From Deltaproteobacteria bacterium (GTDB taxonomy: Bacteria > Bdellovibrionota_B > Oligoflexia > Oligoflexales > Bog-1112), in assembly GCA_947475005.1 (NCBI GenBank), contig CANJLI010000005.1, positions 5,858-69,857 on the forward strand: DNA of 64,000 nucleotides, given 5' to 3'. A model generated the notes under the pieces. That model did no database searches. It was not told where the DNA came from and saw nothing but the letters and a program-made list of their open reading frames with translations. Made by a program: the position numbers and the translations under genes. Below, piece after piece: positions 47,732 through 58,208 of the stretch. The number at the start of each line of letters is the position of its first letter. Position 1 is the stretch's first letter.

Positions 47732-48574
47732 GTGAGCAACAGCTATGAATTATTGGACGCCGGGGATTTTCGCAAGCTGGAGCAAGTGGGCCCCTACCGC
47801 GTCATCCGTCCCTGTCCCCAAGCGGTCTGGCGCCCCCATTTACCTGCCTCCGAGTGGCAACGGGCGGAAGGGGAGTTTTGCCGCAGCACCAATGGGAATG
47901 GCACCTGGAAAATGCGCACTAAATTACCAGCCTCCTGGAAAATCCAACTGCAAGGGCACACGATTCTCGTACGTCTCACGGACTTTGGGCATCTCGGATT
48001 TTTCCCCGAGCACCATTTGCACGGGGTCATCCCCTGGGCCCACCAACATCCAGGCAAGAAAAAAGTCCTGCATCTCTTTGCCTACACAGGTACCGGAAGC
48101 GTGAGCTTGGCAGCCTGTGGCATGGAGGTAGTCCATGTGGATGCCTCCAAAACCAGCTTGGCCTGGGGCAAAGAAAACGTAGAGCTTACGCCTGTAAGTG
48201 GCGCCATCCGCTGGATCCTTGATGACGCACACAAGTTTGTGCTTCGAGAGGCACGACGGGGCCAACTCTATGATGGAATTTTGCTAGATCCTCCGAGTTT
48301 TGGCCGAGACCCTACCGGGAAAGTCTGGAAGATCGAGGATCATTTGCTACCCCTCTTAGAAGATCTAAAAGCATTGCGGAGTCCGAATTTTTCCTTCTTT
48401 CAGCTCACGTCTCATTCGCCTTTTTACACCCCTGTGGTGCTCGAAAATTTGGTTCAGGATTGGTGGGGATCATCCACAGGTATCGCCAGTTCTTTTGAAA
48501 TGACCGTACCGGAAAGCAGCTCTGGAAGACAGTTACCCTGTGGCGCTGGGGCTTGGATTCGGAGAGAACAGTGA
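47732..48574 (+). CDS. Class I SAM-dependent methyltransferase (RlmI/RlmK-like)
   Basis: VLHLFAYTGTGSV..A..G..VVHVDAS and LDPPSFGR motifs. Confidence 0.7.
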   Translation: MSNSYELLDAGDFRKLEQVGPYRVIRPCPQAVWRPHLPASEWQRAEGEFCRSTNGNGTWKMRTKLPASWKIQLQGHTILVRLTDFGHLGFFPEHHLHGVIPWAHQHPGKKKVLHLFAYTGTGSVSLAACGMEVVHVDASKTSLAWGKENVELTPVSGAIRWILDDAHKFVLREARRGQLYDGILLDPPSFGRDPTGKVWKIEDHLLPLLEDLKALRSPNFSFFQLTSHSPFYTPVVLENLVQDWWGSSTGIASSFEMTVPESSSGRQLPCGAGAWIRREQ

Positions 48575-49371
48575 AAGACAAGACAATCACCAGTTTGCAG
48601 AATCCGACCTTGAAGTGGGCCTTGCGGTTGCGAGACTCTCGATTTCGCAAGCAGGAGAAGCGAGTGCTCGTGGAAGGCGCCCGAGAAATCCAAAGAGCCC
48701 TTGCTACAGGATGGAACCTCGAGACTCTCTTCTATTGCGAGGACTCTCTTTCTTCCCTGGCCCATCAGGTCCTGCAAAGCTCGGCTCAGGGGCAACAACG
48801 CTTGTCCCTGTCTGCTCCGCTCTACAGCAAGCTATGTATGCGAGAGTCGAGCGATGGAGTCTGTGGGATTTTTCACGAGAAGACCCTTGAGCTCGCTCAG
48901 CTTGCACCTTCAGAAACCAGCTTGATCCTCGCAGTAGAGGGGATTGAAAAACCAGGTAACCTAGGCGCCCTCTTGCGCACCTGTGATGCTGTCGGCGCAC
49001 AAGCCTTGGTGTTGCTTGGCAATTGTCTTGATTCTCTGGGAACGAATGTTATTCGGAGCAGTTTGGGAGCTCGTTTTACCGTACCTGTGATCGCAACAAC
49101 TCCAGAACTCTTCTACGCCTTTACCCAGTCCCATGGGTTTACGCAGTTTGCTGCCGTATTGAGCGAAAATACGCGTTTTTACCATGAGATTGCATATCCC
49201 AAACGCACGGTGTTGCTCCTCGGTAGCGAGGCCCACGGCCTACAGCCCTGGTGGAAGGACAAAGGGGTACAAGGGATCCAAATCCCCATGTGTGGTCAGG
49301 TGGATTCCCTCAACGTTTCCGTTGCTGCTGGTATTCTTCTCTACGAGGTGCATCGGCAGAGCCTTCTTTGA
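48553..49371 (+). CDS. TrmH/SpoU-family RNA 2'-O-methyltransferase
   Basis: GNLGALLRTCDAVG, LLLGSEAHGL, IPMCGQVDSLNVSVAAGILLYE. Confidence 0.85.
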   Translation: MDSERTVKDKTITSLQNPTLKWALRLRDSRFRKQEKRVLVEGAREIQRALATGWNLETLFYCEDSLSSLAHQVLQSSAQGQQRLSLSAPLYSKLCMRESSDGVCGIFHEKTLELAQLAPSETSLILAVEGIEKPGNLGALLRTCDAVGAQALVLLGNCLDSLGTNVIRSSLGARFTVPVIATTPELFYAFTQSHGFTQFAAVLSENTRFYHEIAYPKRTVLLLGSEAHGLQPWWKDKGVQGIQIPMCGQVDSLNVSVAAGILLYEVHRQSLL

Positions 49372-49381
49372 TTTGTAACGA

Positions 49382-49502
49382 CCGTCATCCAAAGGCTGCA
49401 AAGTACCGAACGACCGTCATCCCAAGGTCCCGAAGGGACCGTATGGGATCCCTACGTTTTTATTGAGATCCCATACGGCTGCTTTGCAGCCTTGGGATGA
49501 CG
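49382..49502. repeat. Partial hairpin unit plus a full REPIN-like pair
   Basis: ccgtcatccaaaggctgcaaagtaccg, then ccgtcatcccaaggtcccgaagggaccgtatgggatc ... gatcccatacggctgctttgcagccttgggatgacg. Confidence 0.85.
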
Positions 49503-49573
49503 ATACAAAAGCTCACATCCCTCTAAAATAAAAAAGTAGTTATCTACCCCCATCTATAGTAGATGAGAACTCA

Positions 49574-50716
49574 ATGAGAACCGGATGGGGGTCTGCCATG
49601 CAAGCGACAAAATCGCCTTCTTCCTTGGTGCTGGGTCTTTCTTTATTTTCCTTATTTTTCGGTGCGGGGAATATGATCTATCCCCTCCATGTAGGCGCCC
49701 TGTTTGGTGAAGCCTGGGGGGCGAGTGCAATGGGATTTCTCATGTCTGCTGTGATCTTCCCTTTTTTTGCCATCTGCACCCTCTACTCTTTTCGCGGAAA
49801 TTTATCCCTAATCCTTGCCAACATGGGCACTCGGTTTCGCGCACCCTTTTTATTTTTAATCCTTACCGTTTGGATTCCCCTAGTTGCAGCGCCTCGCTGT
49901 ATCACCATGGTCATGGGGAGCCTGGAAATGCTGGGATGGGTCGTCCCCCGAGGCACTCTCTCCGCCTGTTATAGCTTGCTGGTTATAGCCATTGCATGGA
50001 AACGATTCCCAAGACTTAACGGACTGGGCCTGATCCTCATGCCCCTGCTTTTGCTATCTTTATTAGTCCTCGTACTGCGAGGCATGTGGCTCATGGGTCC
50101 CTTGCCAGAAGGGGCATTTCGCGGAGATTTGGGAGGTGCTTTTTATACCGGGCTATTAGCAGGCTGCCACACCATGGATCTCTTCGCAGCCCTCTTTTGT
50201 TCCACAGCGGCTCTGCCTTTTTTTCAACAGGCCTCGATTTCCTTCATTTCTTTTCCCCAATTTATGCGAGGAGGCCTTGGAGCCTTGGGCGTATTAGGAA
50301 GCCTCTACCTTGGATTGGTGATTTTGGCAGCCAACTATGGAGGGCAATTGCAGCTAGTCCCCCAAGAGAAAGCCCTCGCATTTTTGGCAACAGCCTTTCT
50401 CCAAAAACCCTGGAGCAATCTCGCTGTGGGAGCCGTGTTGCTGGCCTGTTTAACCATGTCGGTGGCCCTCGCCTTCCTTTATGCGAAGTATTTGCAGACC
50501 CATGTACTGGCTTCTTTTTCTTGGGGATCCTACAAAGTAGCTTTGTGCATTACAGTTATAATCAGTTGGATGGTATCCTTTCTCGGATTTGAGGGTATAA
50601 CCAGTATGAGTGCCCCACTGTTGAAAGGCCTGTACCCATTGGTGTTGGGTCTCTTGGTTCTTGCCATTTTGCGAAGAGGGGGGACATCCTTACCCCTGCG
50701 AAAGGAAAGGCTATGA
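49574..50716 (+). CDS. brnQ: Branched-chain amino acid transport carrier (LIVCS family)
   Basis: FFGAGNMIYPLHVG signature and ~12 TM segments. Confidence 0.8.
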   Translation: MRTGWGSAMQATKSPSSLVLGLSLFSLFFGAGNMIYPLHVGALFGEAWGASAMGFLMSAVIFPFFAICTLYSFRGNLSLILANMGTRFRAPFLFLILTVWIPLVAAPRCITMVMGSLEMLGWVVPRGTLSACYSLLVIAIAWKRFPRLNGLGLILMPLLLLSLLVLVLRGMWLMGPLPEGAFRGDLGGAFYTGLLAGCHTMDLFAALFCSTAALPFFQQASISFISFPQFMRGGLGALGVLGSLYLGLVILAANYGGQLQLVPQEKALAFLATAFLQKPWSNLAVGAVLLACLTMSVALAFLYAKYLQTHVLASFSWGSYKVALCITVIISWMVSFLGFEGITSMSAPLLKGLYPLVLGLLVLAILRRGGTSLPLRKERL

Positions 50717-51498
50717 GTCTACAAAGAAGATTGTTTTGGGGTGGGCTCCTAATTTTCGGGGCTACCGCCTATCAAGTCTGGAAGTTGACACCCCCTGTCT
50801 CCCTCCTGCAAGGCCCCTTTGTCGAGGTCGTGCGGTGGGAACCTCCCCTCGGCCGTCAGGTGGTCCAAGTAGGACCCGGCTCTGCCCAGTGGGTTAAGAG
50901 CGAAGAAATCTCCAAGCATACCCTTTATGCCATCTTGGTAGCAGAAGATGCACGCTTCTATGAGCATGGGGCATTGGATTGGCATGAGCTTTTCCTCAGT
51001 TTCCGTAAGAACTGGCAAGAAGGCAAGATCGTACGCGGAGGTTCTACCATCACTCAACAGGTGGTACGCATAGTCTTCCTCTCCCAAGAAAAGAGCTACT
51101 TCCGTAAATTTCGAGAGGCCCTCGGGGCCTTTGCCCTCGAGCGAATTCTCACCAAAGACGAAATTTTGGGCTGGTATCTCAATCTGGTAGAGTTTGGAAA
51201 AGGCACCTACGGAATTGCAGAGGCTGCCAAACGCCATTTCCATACCACCCCGGATTTATTGACTGTTTCGGAATCTATCCACCTGGCACTGGTACTCCCG
51301 AGCCCCCATCTGTGGTCAAAAGGCTTGCGCAAAAAAGACCTGACTGAGTTTGGACAGCGACGTTTCCAGCTCATTCTCGATCGCATGAAAGAAAACAACT
51401 ACATCACCATGGAGCAATGGCGGAATGTACGGGCGACGGGGAATTTTGGCTCTCCTCTGGAGGGCGTAGAACCCGCTTCTGAGTCTGTTTTTGAGTAG
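50713..51498 (+). CDS. mtgA: Monofunctional peptidoglycan glycosyltransferase (GT51)
   Basis: EDARFYEHGALDW and RGGSTITQQ motifs. N-terminal anchor. Confidence 0.9.
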   Translation: MSLQRRLFWGGLLIFGATAYQVWKLTPPVSLLQGPFVEVVRWEPPLGRQVVQVGPGSAQWVKSEEISKHTLYAILVAEDARFYEHGALDWHELFLSFRKNWQEGKIVRGGSTITQQVVRIVFLSQEKSYFRKFREALGAFALERILTKDEILGWYLNLVEFGKGTYGIAEAAKRHFHTTPDLLTVSESIHLALVLPSPHLWSKGLRKKDLTEFGQRRFQLILDRMKENNYITMEQWRNVRATGNFGSPLEGVEPASESVFE

Positions 51499-51505
51499 CC
51501 CCCCT

Positions 51506-51595
51506 CCGTCATCCCAAGGCTGCGTAGCAGCCGTATGGGATCTCGATAAAAACGCAGGGATCCCATACGGCCCCTTCGGGACCTTGGGATGACGG
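51506..51595. repeat. REPIN-like double-hairpin element
   Basis: ccgtcatcccaaggctgcgtagcagccgtatgggatc ... gatcccatacggccccttcgggaccttgggatgacgg. Begins 8 nt after the mtgA stop. Confidence 0.85.
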
Positions 51596-51697
51596 CAGCA
51601 GCACGCAGAAAAAAAGTTTCTGCTCCGCGGATACCATGATAGAGTGCCCCCCTAAGAAACTGTCTTAAAAAGACCCCCATCCCCTCAAGAGCTACGC

Positions 51698-53467
51698 ATG
51701 GAACCTTTTTTCGCCGATGAAGCCAAAGCCGATATCAGTCGACTGGTGGTGCAATTTTTTGCCACCCAAGGTCTGACCTACTCCCATACCACCGTATATA
51801 GCTGGATGGAACGCCCTCCCGAAGCCCAGTTGGGCGACTACGCCTTGCCCTGCTTTCGGTTTGCCAAAGAATACCGAAAAAAACCTGCAGAAATCGCTCA
51901 AGACTTGCAGGTTTTTCTCACCGAGCAGACGTCCCCGTGGATCCAACGCGTGGAGACGGCGGGGGCTTTCCTCAACCTGTTTTTAGTCCCAGCACAATTG
52001 ACCGAGCGAGTCTTTTCCCAGATTCCTTCGGGACAATTCTTTACCCACATGCAAGACAATCCAGCACACCGTGCCCAACGGGTCATGGTGGAGTTTTCAC
52101 AGCCCAATACCCACAAAGAGTTTCACATTGGACACGCTCGAAATGTGAGTCTGGGGGATGGGTTGGCTCGTATCCTTGCATACAATGGGTACACGGTGCT
52201 GCCAGTGAACTATATCGGAGATGAAGGCACCCATGTTGCCAAGTGTTTGTGGGAGGTCCAACACGAAGGATCCTCGCTTCCCACCACCGACTTTGCCCAC
52301 TGGTATGGACAACGATATGCAGCAGCCAATGCACGTCTCACGGCTGCCACTCCTGAAGTTCGCAAGCAGTATGACCAAGAGATTTCCACGGTATTGAAAG
52401 CCCTCGAATCTAAAGAGGGAGAGGCGTATACTTTGTGGCAGAAAAGCAAAGCCCAATGCATGGAAGACTTCTCCCGCATATATACCTGGTTGGGCGTGCA
52501 TTTCGATCATATTTTCTATGAATCCGATGTATCCGAAGAATCCCAGACCATCGTGGAAGAATATATCCAAAAAGGGCTCTTCCAAGAGTCCCAAGGCGCC
52601 ATTGGGGTCTCGTTAGAAGACGAGAAACTCGGTTTTTTCCTCGCACGAAAATCCGACGGCACGACCCTCTACATCACCAAGGATCTCGCATTGGCGAGAC
52701 GCAAGTTCCAAGATTTTGCCATCGACCGCTCCATTTATGTGGTGGGCAATGAGCAGAACTTCCACTTTCGGCAGCTGTTTGCCGTTTTAAAGAAGATGAA
52801 CTTTCCCCAAGCCGAGCAGTGCCACCACTTGAGCTTTGCCCATGTGAAACTGCAGCAAGGGGAAAAAATGTCCTCTCGAACGGGCAATGTGGTTTCCTTT
52901 ATGGAATTAGCTGGCTCAATTGAGGAAGAGATTAAGAAGCACCTTGCCAAATATGAGTCCCAATGGACCCCCGAGCAATTGGCCGACACGTTACACAAGC
53001 TGGCTGTGGGTACCATTCGCTATGGGATGCTCGATACGGATCCCCATACGGAGATCATCTTTGATCCCGAGGCATGGACCAGCTTTGAGGGCAATACCGG
53101 TCCTTACCTGATGTACAGCTATGCACGGTCTCGCTCCATTCTGCGCAAGGGAGAGGCAGAGGGGGCACACCCTACCTTTGATGCCTATAACGAGCTGGTG
53201 CACCCTGCAGAGCTTGAGTTGTTGCGAGAGCTCTTTGACTTCAATACCGTGGTGGAGATTGCATGTGGGTGCTACCGACTGTCCCTTCTCACAGGGTATT
53301 TGTACCGCTTGTGTAAACTGTACAACCGATTCTATGCCCAAGCTTCTGTGCTGCGAGCGGAGACTCCCGCATTGCGAGGAGCTCGCTTGGCCCTGGTTTC
53401 TTGTTTTGGTACCGTGTTGGTAAAAGGACTGGACCTTCTCGGTATTACCCCACCTGAATCTATGTAG
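51698..53467 (+). CDS. argS: Arginine--tRNA ligase
   Basis: NTHKEFHIGHARN (HIGH motif). 589 aa with a DALR-type C-terminus. Confidence 0.95.
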   Translation: MEPFFADEAKADISRLVVQFFATQGLTYSHTTVYSWMERPPEAQLGDYALPCFRFAKEYRKKPAEIAQDLQVFLTEQTSPWIQRVETAGAFLNLFLVPAQLTERVFSQIPSGQFFTHMQDNPAHRAQRVMVEFSQPNTHKEFHIGHARNVSLGDGLARILAYNGYTVLPVNYIGDEGTHVAKCLWEVQHEGSSLPTTDFAHWYGQRYAAANARLTAATPEVRKQYDQEISTVLKALESKEGEAYTLWQKSKAQCMEDFSRIYTWLGVHFDHIFYESDVSEESQTIVEEYIQKGLFQESQGAIGVSLEDEKLGFFLARKSDGTTLYITKDLALARRKFQDFAIDRSIYVVGNEQNFHFRQLFAVLKKMNFPQAEQCHHLSFAHVKLQQGEKMSSRTGNVVSFMELAGSIEEEIKKHLAKYESQWTPEQLADTLHKLAVGTIRYGMLDTDPHTEIIFDPEAWTSFEGNTGPYLMYSYARSRSILRKGEAEGAHPTFDAYNELVHPAELELLRELFDFNTVVEIACGCYRLSLLTGYLYRLCKLYNRFYAQASVLRAETPALRGARLALVSCFGTVLVKGLDLLGITPPESM

Positions 53468-53480
53468 AGAGGGACCTCGC

Positions 53481-54434
53481 GTGCAAAAGAAGAAAAAACG
53501 AAGCAGCAAGCTTAAATGGGTCGTACTGCTGCTCGGTGTAGCGACTATTGGTGCCTGGATCCGGCGCATGTATTGGATACCGAGTTTGCACGTAGGGGAT
53601 CTTTCCCACCAAGTTGCCGAAAAGCCCAACTATCGGTTCTTTGTCTTGGGTGATACCGGCAGCGGGGATGCCAACCAGTATGCCGTGGCAGCTGCCATGG
53701 AAGCCCGTTGTGTACAAAGCGGTGGCATAGACGGCATCTGGCTCTTGGGCGATCTCTTTTATACCGCTGGCGTGACAGGGCTTGATGACCCCCAGTGGCA
53801 GCAAAAAGTTGAGATCCCTTACGGCAGCCCCTGCCTCAAAAAAGCTACGTTATATCCGATCTTTGGCAACCATGACTACCGAGGCAATACGAATGCCATG
53901 ATCGCCTACTCCCAGCACAATCCCCGGTGGCATTTCCCCGGACGATTCTACACCGTGGACTTTGGGCGCGTGATTCGAATGGTGGCTTTTGACTCCGCCT
54001 TCCCTGATTTTTGTTTCTCTGCCAACCATTGCTCCATCGACTATGCCATGCAGCAAGTGAAGGCCCCCCCTACTGCATGGACCGTCGTGACCGCACATAA
54101 CCCACTCTCCAGCGCCAGCACCTTGGGCTACTCCCATTCAGGGGGGGTATTGGGATTCTTCTTGCGCCACTTGTTTTGCGGTAAGGCAGACGCTTGGTTT
54201 TCAGGGCACGCTCATCACATGGAGCATCGCCAAGTAGCTGGATGCGATACCTCTCTCTTTGTTTCGGGGGGAGGAGGCGGAGATCTATATAACACCGTTG
54301 CAGGGGCAGAAAGCGAATTTTTACGCTCCGAACACGGTTTTTTAGAAGTAGACGCCTCATTGACCGACATGGCCGTGGGTTTTTATGATATACACACAAA
54401 GCGAGTATATGAGGTGAAGAAGACACGTCATTGA
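53481..54434 (+). CDS. Membrane-anchored calcineurin-like metallophosphoesterase
   Basis: GDTGSG, GDLFY, GNHDY and GHAHH motifs. N-terminal anchor. GTG start. Confidence 0.8.
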   Translation: MQKKKKRSSKLKWVVLLLGVATIGAWIRRMYWIPSLHVGDLSHQVAEKPNYRFFVLGDTGSGDANQYAVAAAMEARCVQSGGIDGIWLLGDLFYTAGVTGLDDPQWQQKVEIPYGSPCLKKATLYPIFGNHDYRGNTNAMIAYSQHNPRWHFPGRFYTVDFGRVIRMVAFDSAFPDFCFSANHCSIDYAMQQVKAPPTAWTVVTAHNPLSSASTLGYSHSGGVLGFFLRHLFCGKADAWFSGHAHHMEHRQVAGCDTSLFVSGGGGGDLYNTVAGAESEFLRSEHGFLEVDASLTDMAVGFYDIHTKRVYEVKKTRH

Positions 54435-54450
54435 GTGCAAAAAGGACCTT

Positions 54451-55332
54451 ATGCAAGTAAAGAAACTCAGCTCCACCGATATCGCTGTAGCGATTCTTTC
54501 GGTTACCTTATGGGGCTTGTGCTTTCCGCTTATGAAAATTGCGGCACAAGAAATTACCCCGCTTTTGTCCGTTGGCATCCGTTTGGCATGCATGAGTGTC
54601 CTGAGTATCCCTTTCCTCACCCTTCCTAAAGGCAAAGCGGAGTGGGCGAAACTGGTTTGGTTGTCCCTCACCCTATTTGCCATTCCCTTCGGACTCACCA
54701 CCATCGCCATCCTCTATGTAGATGCAGCCATTGCAGCCCTGCTTACCGAATTAGAGGTAATTTTCGGAGTTTTACTCAGCTATATTTTCTTCCGAGAAAC
54801 CATTGTATTTCGTCAATTTGTCGGGATGGGATTGGCATTTATCGGTATTTATCTCATCATTGACTCCCCAGAGGTACGCATCGACAACTTCTGGGCCATT
54901 ATTCTGCTGTTGATCGTGGCTTTTTGCTATGCCTCCGCAGCCTTGCAAGTCAAAGGCATCAATCGCAGACTTTCTTCCTTTTCTGTCACCGCATGGTCTT
55001 GTATTCTCTCTTTTCCTTGGCTCTTTCTCTTTTCCTACTTATGGGAGCGCGAGGAGTGGGTACCCTTGGGCCAGGTAAGCTACCGCGCCTGGGGTTGCAT
55101 CGGAATCATGACCGTTGCCAGCTTGATTGGGCTTTTTATTTGGAATGCACTCTTAAAACGCCTGCCTGTGAACGTGGTTTTACCGTTTGGCATGTTGATT
55201 CCCGTATCTGCACTGGTGTTTTCTTACTTCCTCTTGGGAGAAACCCTAGAAACGATTGCCATGTGCGGAGGCGTGCTCACCATTGTTGGCGTGAAGGTTC
55301 AAATCCAACGCAATAAAGGAGTAGATAAATGA
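54451..55332 (+). CDS. EamA/DMT-family transporter
   Basis: Ten hydrophobic segments in two EamA-like halves. Confidence 0.8.
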   Translation: MQVKKLSSTDIAVAILSVTLWGLCFPLMKIAAQEITPLLSVGIRLACMSVLSIPFLTLPKGKAEWAKLVWLSLTLFAIPFGLTTIAILYVDAAIAALLTELEVIFGVLLSYIFFRETIVFRQFVGMGLAFIGIYLIIDSPEVRIDNFWAIILLLIVAFCYASAALQVKGINRRLSSFSVTAWSCILSFPWLFLFSYLWEREEWVPLGQVSYRAWGCIGIMTVASLIGLFIWNALLKRLPVNVVLPFGMLIPVSALVFSYFLLGETLETIAMCGGVLTIVGVKVQIQRNKGVDK

Positions 55333-55820
55333 CCAGCTCTGCTTTTTCTTCTAGTGCGATGCTAGATCAGTTTTTTTATACCACTCGATTGAGTGATCTT
55401 GTGGGTTGGGCCCGCAAGAATTCTATGTGGCCCTACATTTTTGGCACCGCATGCTGTGGAGTCGAATACATGTCGGTGCTGGGACCCAAGCATGACATCG
55501 CCCGATTTGGGGCAGAGGTCGTGCGGTTCTCCCCAAGGCAAGCGGATTTGCTCATTGTAGCTGGCACCATCACAGAGAAAATGGCGCCCGTAATCAAGAA
55601 GGTCTATGACCAGATGACAGAACCTAAATGGGTCATGGCCATGGGAGCTTGTGCCTCAAGCGGAGGATTTTACCGCGCCTACCATGTGGTACAAGGTGTG
55701 GACGAATTGATCCCCGTGGACATTTATGTGGCAGGATGTCCCCCAACTCCAGAGGCTTGCATTGCAGGACTCATGAAGTTGCAGGAAAAAGTAGAAGCTC
55801 AGCATAAGCAAGGGGGCTAG
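55329..55820 (+). CDS. nuoB: NADH-quinone oxidoreductase subunit B-family protein (isolated copy)
   Basis: [23 protein letters not shown] and AGCPP. All four N2-cluster cysteines are present. ATG overlaps the EamA stop (ATGA). Confidence 0.85.
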   Translation: MTSSAFSSSAMLDQFFYTTRLSDLVGWARKNSMWPYIFGTACCGVEYMSVLGPKHDIARFGAEVVRFSPRQADLLIVAGTITEKMAPVIKKVYDQMTEPKWVMAMGACASSGGFYRAYHVVQGVDELIPVDIYVAGCPPTPEACIAGLMKLQEKVEAQHKQGG

Positions 55821-55915
55821 CAAAGGGGATACTCACCAGTCCAGCGGGGACACCCGATGCGAATGTCCCGAATGGCGCTTCCTTAAGCGTACGATTTGCC
55901 TAACTCCTTGGAAAT

Positions 55916-56005
55916 CCGTCATCCCAAGGTCCCGAAGGGACCGTATGGGATCCCTGCGTTTTTATCGAGATCCCATACGGCTGCTGCGCAGCCTTGGGAT
56001 GACGG
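55916..56005. repeat. REPIN-like double-hairpin element
   Basis: ccgtcatcccaaggtcccgaagggaccgtatgggatccctgcgtttttatcgagatcccatacggctgctgcgcagccttgggatgacgg. Confidence 0.9.
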
Positions 56006-56108
56006 ATGGGTTGCCATCTTGAATGTAAGCAAAAGATGACAATTCCTTTCTTAAGGAAGCGGCATTCTCGGGTGTCCCCTCCTTTATCCGAGGAGGATGC
56101 CACCTCTC

Positions 56109-56744
56109 TTATCCTACGACTGTGCGCCACATCAGGCTAATCGCAAACAAACTGAGAACCCCTCCCGTCGCAAAATTCAATGCACGCTTGTAATGCAATA
56201 GCTTGTGTTGCAACCGAGGCGCACTAAATAACAAGACCACTGCAGAAAACCATAGTCCACTTGAAACGATCATTGCACTGCAAAAAATCCACAGCGTTGC
56301 AGCAGAGGCTTCAAGTTGCAAAAGGGAGGTTAAGACTCCCGTGATAAACAAAAAAGCTTTTGGGTTTAAAAAACTCGTCAAAAAACCAATTTGAAAAAAT
56401 GTTTTTTTGTTTTTCTTTCCTACGGTGAATTCTTGCTTATCTAGCTGTGGTCCCCAAGCCCCTCGAATGCTTTGTATACCCAAATAAAATAAATAGACGG
56501 CACCTAAAAACTCAATTAGCTGTTTCATTTCAGGAAATAATTCGAAAACAATTTCGATACCCAATAAAGAGCACACAATAAAAATGAAATTACTCACCAA
56601 AATGCCGGCTACTACTTGAAGACCGGCTTTTGTAGAGTGAATTAAACTGGTATTTGTAACCATTATAAAATCTGGGCCTGGGGTAATTAAGCCGAGAACA
56701 CTAATGCCAAACAGGACCATATAACTATAAAAAGTTGGGCTCAT
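56109..56744 (-). CDS. LysE/RhtB-family amino-acid exporter
   Basis: N-terminal ITPGPDF motif, six TM segments, 211 aa. Confidence 0.8.
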   Translation of the reverse strand: MSPTFYSYMVLFGISVLGLITPGPDFIMVTNTSLIHSTKAGLQVVAGILVSNFIFIVCSLLGIEIVFELFPEMKQLIEFLGAVYLFYLGIQSIRGAWGPQLDKQEFTVGKKNKKTFFQIGFLTSFLNPKAFLFITGVLTSLLQLEASAATLWIFCSAMIVSSGLWFSAVVLLFSAPRLQHKLLHYKRALNFATGGVLSLFAISLMWRTVVG

Positions 56745-57037
56745 TGCAGTCTTTCATAAATAGCTTTCTTAAAATCCTTGGTTTCTCTACATTAAACATA
56801 AAGGAAGGTGCAAGAAATAAAGCGAGCAAAAATTCACACCGCTGAGAAGCAGCCGCGTAATACACTGTTTTAATTTCTTAAAACAGCCTAAATCAAAATC
56901 GACCACAAAGCATATCCTCCCAGATAAAATACATATCCTTGTCAGATTTTTTGGCCATTGCTACAATGACCCTAATCACTCTCGTTTTAAAAAAATGAGT
57001 TCCTATTTTCAACCGAGTTGAAAAAATTGGGGCCATC

Positions 57038-58201
57038 ATGAAATCAAAAATCAAAAATTTCTCGCTGCAACAAAAGCAGAAGATTCAATCTGTTGTGCCC
57101 GCTATCAACAGCAGTTTTGTATCGATCTACAAACTGGTTGGGTTTCTTCTTTTGGCTTGCATCGTATCTGCTATGTTCTTCTACTTAGGATGTGGTGGCT
57201 TTTATATTTTTAACCACCATTGGCTGGTACCTACAATCCTAACGCCACAAAATGAACGCGTGATACAAGCCCACACCATGTATTTGGATCGAGTTTATCA
57301 GCTCGAAGTCATGAAAGCTGAAATAGCCCAAATGGAACAAGAAGAGATCCATTTGAATTTTGTGATGCACCTGCAAGATTTATTTCAAACCAGCTTTACC
57401 CAGGGTCTTCAAAACGAAAAACTCCGTTATGACCAAGACATCGCCAACTACAATACCGTTTTTAACGCCATTAAAAGTGAGACGACTTCTGCCCCCGCAA
57501 ATCCAAAACTAACCAAAACTGACACCCTTATGGCATTGGAAAATCAGCTTCAGGCCGGCCTTATTACCAAAGAGGACTTTACCCGGTTCCAGCAACAACT
57601 CCAACAAACCCTGATTGCATCCATTGAAAGAGAAGGGAAATGGATCGAGTTGCAAAAACAACAAAAAAGCTTATCCGCAAGCTTAGATGCATTCCATCGA
57701 AACCCAGATCGAAAAAAGGAAAATGCCCTTCTTGCTCTTTCGCCTGAAAAAAGTGTAGTGGATGTTAACATCCTTTTGCGACAAAAACCCTTGTTTGATT
57801 CCATCGTCACTTCCTCAGAACTGCAAGTACGCAGAAGCCCTCTGTCCAAAAAGAAAAATGCGCTGGAAAAAATAATCGAATCCTATACAAAATTAGTGGA
57901 ATCTTCCGGGAAAAGCCCACTCGTTCGCGCAGCTAGTGGGCCAGTAATGGTTGCCTTTGTGCCTTATGAAAACCTTGAAAATATGAAAGATCAATCCGAA
58001 ATTTACGGGTGCTACCTGGAATTTTTTCTTTGCAAAAAAGTGGGGCGCATCCAGCAAATTTTACCCGGAGAAGTCGTAGCCAAGCACCCTCTTAGCGGCA
58101 GAGAGCTACGCGGACAATGGGTAGAGTTACAATTAGATACCTTGAGCTCCTGGGCACAGGATCACTCGCTAATCGCCAATCATCCACCTCTATTTCTATG
58201 A
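57038..58201 (+). CDS. Membrane-anchored coiled-coil protein, HlyD/membrane-fusion-like
   Basis: One N-terminal TM segment (LVGFLLLACIVSAMFFYLGCGGFYIF), a long Q/E/L-rich helical middle, and a C-terminal beta region (LVRAASGPVMVAFVPYENL...GRIQQILPGEVV) like MFP barrel segments. Confidence 0.5.
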   Translation: MKSKIKNFSLQQKQKIQSVVPAINSSFVSIYKLVGFLLLACIVSAMFFYLGCGGFYIFNHHWLVPTILTPQNERVIQAHTMYLDRVYQLEVMKAEIAQMEQEEIHLNFVMHLQDLFQTSFTQGLQNEKLRYDQDIANYNTVFNAIKSETTSAPANPKLTKTDTLMALENQLQAGLITKEDFTRFQQQLQQTLIASIEREGKWIELQKQQKSLSASLDAFHRNPDRKKENALLALSPEKSVVDVNILLRQKPLFDSIVTSSELQVRRSPLSKKKNALEKIIESYTKLVESSGKSPLVRAASGPVMVAFVPYENLENMKDQSEIYGCYLEFFLCKKVGRIQQILPGEVVAKHPLSGRELRGQWVELQLDTLSSWAQDHSLIANHPPLFL

Positions 58202-58208
58202 AACAGAT

